Shown: piece by piece, positions 59,560 to 64,000 of the stretch
How the letters are laid out: each line of letters opens with the position of its first letter
Numbering within the stretch: the first letter of the stretch is position 1
Assembly: GCA_964371615.1 (NCBI GenBank)
Contig: CAYJMS010000001.1
Coordinates: 688,436 to 752,435 of the forward strand
Direction: 5' to 3'
DNA: 64,000 bases
From: an uncultured Chitinophagaceae bacterium
GTDB taxonomy: Bacteria; Bacteroidota; Ignavibacteria; UBA10030; UBA8401
Program-made: the position numbers and the translations under genes
Notes under the pieces: model-generated
Seen by the model: the letters and a program-made list of their open reading frames with translations, nothing else
The model's database searches: none
What the model was told of the DNA's origin: nothing

Positions 59560-61460
59560 TTCAGGAATTCCCACGACAATCCGAAACGGATATTCCTCTC
59601 ATACAACGGATAGACCGGTGCCAGCAGATATTCATTTCCCGTCAGATTTTCCCAAATGAAATGTACGTAGGCGGAACCGATCTTACCCACCGCAAAGAAA
59701 TCCATCGTTCCGCTCGGTCCGAACGATAACAACGACGATGGGACCCAGAGTCCCTCCTCATCGTACGGTTTCATTCCCGTCTGCTTCGCAACAAAACTAC
59801 CGCGCACGCCGATCTTCAGGTCGAGATTTCCTTTTGCCAGCAGTCCATGGTAATATGCCGATCCGTTCATCGTCAAATCCGGTTGCAGTGTGATCGGCAT
59901 GCCGTCGCGCACCATTCGCGGATGGATAAGATAGACTGCCGTACCTTCAAAATGGAATCCGCCGAAAATCAGATGACCCGACATTGAAATGGCATCGTAT
60001 TCTTTTCGACCCAACAACGAGAGTGAGGAGGAAGTTAATACGTTTGTATTGGGGATTGTATCGTAGACGATCATATTTCGAATTGTCGTTCTGTGCGCAT
60101 TGACAGTACCCGCAAAAAAGCCAGGGAGTGTGTACCGCGCTCCGACGGATATTTGTTCGACCATATCGTCGTTTCGCAAGAAACGGTCGGCCAATGTCGG
60201 ACCGGTAAACGTAGAATAGCCGGAATAGACGGAAAAGCCTTCTGCTGGCCGCACTGAAACTTCGCCGCCATATGAAAGGTCATTTGAATATGAGGCAAAC
60301 CCGGTGACATCCAGAAAATTCAGAATTGTCAATTGATCCCGTATCCCAAATGCGTCGAATGTAATATCCGTTCCCGATGCCCTCTCATAAAAATTATAAT
60401 TCACCGATAGACGGTTGATATTCGTGTGGTGGAAAAAGTTGGCCCGAATTCCCTTGGTGATACTGTAGAAATCGGTCTGGCGGAAGATGCCGTTTGCCGA
60501 AGAGCGATTTTCTTCATCTCTATACTGCCGTAGTCGGTCAAAATAATAGCCGGAGACTGTCAGTGCGCTGGATGAATCAGATCCCGGGGCGAAGGAAACG
60601 GAAAGATATGATTGGCTATAAAAAAGCTTTTCATATGCATCGAAGTTACTCACGGTCGCCAGATATCCGTCAAAAATATCGGAAGTATTGAGATAATCCA
60701 CTCCGCCGTGTAATCCCGTCCATGTCCGGTTTGAAAGGTGAGTAAAACTGACGTTCAGATTGTTGGTGATATTGTACCGCATTTTCACGCGAAACGTCCA
60801 TGCATCATCGTTGGAATTATAGAAACGACCGCGGAACCGGGAGCGCTCCTTGTTTGTCCCGTATCCATAATGAGAGAGGCCGAGCGTCAGGTTAAAATCA
60901 CGAAAAATGTTTTGAGCAAACATCGCGTCGGTGTGCACATACCCGTCGACACCCTGACTGTATCGCAGATTGGTAATCGCACGGTTATTCGTAAAACTTT
61001 TTGTAACGATATTAATCACGCCTCCTGAAGACCGGCCGTCGTAAAAAAAACTGCCGGGACCGGTAATGATCTCCACCCGTTCGATCATATCCACCGGTAT
61101 ATTCCACAGATTGAACGACGAGGAAGGATAATCGTTATACGGTATTCCGTCTACCAATATGGCAATGTAATTGTCATCAATCCCGTTGATAACGATCTGG
61201 TTTTTTTGTCCTGGGCTTGCCAGATCCCGGATAGACACGCCGGGAAATCCGGCGAGAATATCGTAGAGAGACCGGTATTCATTCCAGACGATTTCATATT
61301 TGCCGATGATCAGTGTGCTGTCGCCGTACGGTGCGATGGAACCAAGTTCTGCGATCGGCGTGATAAAAACGACAGAATCCTGCTGAACAACAGTTGAATC
61401 CATTGCACCTGCAGCGGATGAAATGCAAAGGAGGAGAAAGAGAGTCCGCAGTCTGTTCAT
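59556..61460 (-). CDS. TonB-dependent receptor-like outer-membrane protein (plug plus barrel)
   Basis: Signal peptide. Plug-domain motifs (IVINGIDDNYIAILVDGIPYND...VEIITGPGSFFYDG). Large beta-barrel. Confidence 0.7.
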   Translation of the reverse strand: MNRLRTLFLLLCISSAAGAMDSTVVQQDSVVFITPIAELGSIAPYGDSTLIIGKYEIVWNEYRSLYDILAGFPGVSIRDLASPGQKNQIVINGIDDNYIAILVDGIPYNDYPSSSFNLWNIPVDMIERVEIITGPGSFFYDGRSSGGVINIVTKSFTNNRAITNLRYSQGVDGYVHTDAMFAQNIFRDFNLTLGLSHYGYGTNKERSRFRGRFYNSNDDAWTFRVKMRYNITNNLNVSFTHLSNRTWTGLHGGVDYLNTSDIFDGYLATVSNFDAYEKLFYSQSYLSVSFAPGSDSSSALTVSGYYFDRLRQYRDEENRSSANGIFRQTDFYSITKGIRANFFHHTNINRLSVNYNFYERASGTDITFDAFGIRDQLTILNFLDVTGFASYSNDLSYGGEVSVRPAEGFSVYSGYSTFTGPTLADRFLRNDDMVEQISVGARYTLPGFFAGTVNAHRTTIRNMIVYDTIPNTNVLTSSSLSLLGRKEYDAISMSGHLIFGGFHFEGTAVYLIHPRMVRDGMPITLQPDLTMNGSAYYHGLLAKGNLDLKIGVRGSFVAKQTGMKPYDEEGLWVPSSLLSFGPSGTMDFFAVGKIGSAYVHFIWENLTGNEYLLAPVYPLYERNIRFGLSWEFLN

Positions 61461-62302
61461 GATTGTTCCGGTGCAAAGCCCGGTCCGGTATAATGGGTGA
61501 AATATTTTCCGCTATAGAAATCCATTACCGACCGTGCATCGGCTTCTTGTTCGAATAGTCCGAAGACGGATGAACCGCTGCCGGACATCAATGCGTGCAC
61601 CGCCCCATGCTCCATCATTGTTTTTTTAAGAGTAGCAATTTCGGGATATCGCTCAAAAACCGTCGCTTCGAAATCATTTTCTAATTTTGAGATATCGGCG
61701 GGGGATGAAAAGAGATCGCGCAGTGTCGGTCTCTTGGGAAAGTGATTGCCGAACCGGGTTGCAATAGCCCCGTACGCCCAGGGGGTCGAAACATGGATGC
61801 CGGGATTGACAAGTACAATTCGGTACGGCAATCGGAGCGGGAAATATGATAATCGCTCTCCCCGTCCTTCGCCGAACGCCGTTCCATTGTGTAAAAAGTA
61901 AGGGACATCAGATCCGAGATTCAATCCAAGAGTTTCGAGACGATCGTGCTGAATTGTGGATGAGAATAATTGCTGCAGCGCAATGAGTGTCGTCGCGGCA
62001 TTGCTGCTCCCGCCGCCGAGACCCGCACCCGATGGGATCCGTTTTTTGATGGTAATGGAGATTCCCTCTGTTACACCGGTCTCTTTTTGGAATAATTCTA
62101 CGGCTTTCCAACAAAGGTTCATTTCATCTGTCGGTATGGTCGGATCATCGCAACGCAGAGAAAGCGCAGCAGACCGCTCGAAGGTGAGCTCATCAAAGAG
62201 GTCGATACGATGGAATATGGTCTCTATATTATGATATCCGTCGTTCCTCCGTCCTACGATATGGAGGCCCAGATTGATTTTTGCGTATGATTTTGTCTGC
62301 AT
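61457..62302 (-). CDS. ispE: 4-diphosphocytidyl-2-C-methyl-D-erythritol kinase
   Basis: MQTKSYAKINLGLHIVGRRNDGYHNIETIF and the GHMP-kinase motif PSGAGLGGGSSNAA. Confidence 0.9.
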   Translation of the reverse strand: MQTKSYAKINLGLHIVGRRNDGYHNIETIFHRIDLFDELTFERSAALSLRCDDPTIPTDEMNLCWKAVELFQKETGVTEGISITIKKRIPSGAGLGGGSSNAATTLIALQQLFSSTIQHDRLETLGLNLGSDVPYFLHNGTAFGEGRGERLSYFPLRLPYRIVLVNPGIHVSTPWAYGAIATRFGNHFPKRPTLRDLFSSPADISKLENDFEATVFERYPEIATLKKTMMEHGAVHALMSGSGSSVFGLFEQEADARSVMDFYSGKYFTHYTGPGFAPEQS

Positions 62303-62465
62303 TATGGATAAGATACGAGAAGTCTGCAGAATGAGCAAGATAGCAGTAGTGTGAAAGGTGAATCGGATTAAGAAAATTTTATATTGATTTTTTAGAGCGG
62401 TTTGGCTATACTTCAGCCGACTATAAGCATTGATGTATACTCTATAAACACACGGGGATACCGTA

Positions 62466-62836
62466 TGGCGCAGCCATTCAACATTCTGGTCGTCGATGAC
62501 GAAGATGCACTACGAACTGTGCTGAGCAGTGAATTGCAAAGTGAAGGATATTCCGTTGTTTCGGCATCGGACGGCGATGAGGCGATCTCAGTTCTCCAGC
62601 AAAAATCTTTCGATCTTGTACTGCTTGACATAAAAATGCCCCGTGTGGACGGATTTGAAGTGTTGCGGTTTCTGAAGGAACGGTATCCGAAGACCAAAGT
62701 GATCATGCTTACCGGATTTGCCGATCTCAAAAATGCCATTGAATCGAAGAAACTCGGAGCCGAAGATTTTGTCAGTAAACCATACGATCTGGTCGATCTT
62801 TTAACCACGATCGAGCGGGTGCTTTCTTCCGAATAG
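62466..62836 (+). CDS. Stand-alone CheY-like receiver domain protein
   Basis: FNILVVDDED..LLDIKMP..LTGF..SKPY canonical receiver residues. Confidence 0.8.
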
Positions 62837-62880
62837 CCCTTTCCCATTAACCACCGGATCCATGATAATCTGACGAACGT

Positions 62881-64000
62881 ATGGTGCGCCGCCACTCCAT
62901 CTTGATTGTTGACGATGAACCGAGCGTTTGTTTCCTCCTCAAAGAAGAACTCTCAGAACTGAAGCAATTCACCATCTCCACCGTCAACGACGGCGCCGAA
63001 GCGATCAATCTGCTTCAAAAACAACCGATCGATGTCGTCTTGCTGGATGTCCGCATGCCCCGCATGAACGGATTGGAAGTGTTGAAATACGTCAAGGAGA
63101 ATCATCCCACGATCCAGGTGATCATGCTGACGAATTATGCCGAAGTGAAGACCGCCATCGAAGCGACCAAACTCGGTGCATACGACTTTGTGAGCAAGCC
63201 GTACAACCGAGAAGAATTGCTCGCGACCGTTAACCGTGCCGTAGAACACCGTCAGTTAACGATCGACAACGAACTGATGAAGTACGAATTATCCCGGAAG
63301 AGCGGAGCGAAAGAAATTATTGCCGATAGTCCTGCCATGAAAACGGTATTGTCGACTGTGCAGAAGGTGGCGCCGAGCGATACGTATGTTCACATCAGCG
63401 GACCAAGCGGGACCGGAAAGGAACTGATCGCTCAGCGTATCCATGATGAAAGCCAGCGCCGCGACCGTCCCTTTGTAGTGGTGAATTGTGCAGCACTGCC
63501 GGATACACTGCTCGAGAGCGAACTGTTCGGTCATGAAAAGGGATCATTCACCAGCGCATATCAATTGAAACAGGGACTGGTTGAAGTTGCCAACGGCGGA
63601 TCGCTGTTTCTCGACGAAGTGGGGGATATCAGTCCGGCCGTACAGCCGAAGTTGCTGCGGTTTCTGGAGACGGGCGAATTCCGGAGAATCGGCGGTACCA
63701 TCACCATGCGCGTGGATGTCCGCGTCATTTCGGCAACGAACAAGGATCTGAACAACGAAGTGAAATCAGGACGGTTCCGCGAGGATCTTCTCTACCGGTT
63801 GAACGTCGTCACCGTCAAACTGCCGCCGCTGCACGAACGGAAAGAGGATATTCCTCTGTTGATCAATCACTTCTTGAATAAAAAACTGAAATCGAAAAAC
63901 CCGAAAAGCATTTCCGGCGAGGCGATGCGTACGCTGCTGCAGTATGACTGGCCGGGTAATATTCGTGAACTGGAACATGCCATCGAAGGTGCGCTGTTGA
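62881..64000 (+). CDS. Sigma-54-dependent response regulator (NtrC family), 3'-truncated by the window edge
   Basis: Not in the ORF track because it has no stop in the window; I translated it myself. Receiver (ILIVDDEPS..LLDVRMP..KPY), then AAA+ sigma54-activation domain (GPSGTGKE, ESELFGHEKGSFT GAFTGA-type loop, GGSLFLDEVG). Confidence 0.9.
   Translation, partial: MVRRHSILIVDDEPSVCFLLKEELSELKQFTISTVNDGAEAINLLQKQPIDVVLLDVRMPRMNGLEVLKYVKENHPTIQVIMLTNYAEVKTAIEATKLGAYDFVSKPYNREELLATVNRAVEHRQLTIDNELMKYELSRKSGAKEIIADSPAMKTVLSTVQKVAPSDTYVHISGPSGTGKELIAQRIHDESQRRDRPFVVVNCAALPDTLLESELFGHEKGSFTSAYQLKQGLVEVANGGSLFLDEVGDISPAVQPKLLRFLETGEFRRIGGTITMRVDVRVISATNKDLNNEVKSGRFREDLLYRLNVVTVKLPPLHERKEDIPLLINHFLNKKLKSKNPKSISGEAMRTLLQYDWPGNIRELEHAIEGALL

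Noticed and set aside
1-64000. Scanned for CRISPR repeats, IS/transposase or integrase genes, tRNA/rRNA
   Set aside because: No direct-repeat arrays, no transposase/integrase-like ORFs and no tRNA cloverleaf-sized conserved gaps seen; gaps between genes are short and occupied by terminators or promoters.

Overview
The window is 64 kb of chromosomal DNA with about 50 coding genes and no rRNA, tRNA, CRISPR array or mobile element that I can see. Most genes are coded at roughly 50% GC; several gaps between genes and the pilin-like cluster (54.8-57.2 kb) are AT-rich. The gene content (hopanoid hpnCDE, Omp85/FadL-like/TonB-type outer-membrane proteins, a fused OdhA/Kgd-type 2-oxoglutarate dehydrogenase, FecR plus CHASE2 cyclases) suggests a diderm bacterium from the Fibrobacteres-Chlorobi-Bacteroidetes (FCB) group, Ignavibacteria-like or Leptospira-like; this is a loose guess.

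Housekeeping genes I am confident of:
- nrdJ (class II ribonucleotide reductase) and an acyl-ACP desaturase.
- tag.
- A hisBHAFI operon extended by three translationally coupled genes (PfkB-type kinase, RmlD-like reductase, EEP-family lipoprotein).
- serS, an ABC exporter pair, fbp, ppk1, hpnC-hpnD-hpnE, ettA, a fused E2/E1 kgd, dxr-rseP and ispE.

Observations worth a second look:
1. A GspE/PilB-family secretion ATPase whose Walker A, Asp-box, Walker B and His-box catalytic residues are all substituted. It sits in a tight operon with a CheY-like receiver and a small zinc-ribbon protein (6.6-8.9 kb).
2. Three consecutive secreted proteins with degenerate pilin-like N-termini (54.8-57.2 kb).
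3. An operon on the minus strand encoding a secreted protein, a FecR-domain protein, a large outer-membrane beta-barrel and a CHASE2 class III adenylate cyclase (45.1-52.0 kb). A soluble histidine kinase with cNMP-binding and GAF domains lies elsewhere in the window.
4. An HD phosphohydrolase fused to a multi-pass membrane domain, next to ppk1.
5. A macro-domain gene with a precise in-frame deletion of its core.
6. An Omp85 barrel with a large N-terminal domain that does not look like POTRA repeats.
7. A terminator-like hairpin and an upstream ORF with a strong Shine-Dalgarno immediately 5' of hisB, which itself has no Shine-Dalgarno.

All motif calls were read directly from the translations. 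No database search was possible, so every family assignment is from memory.
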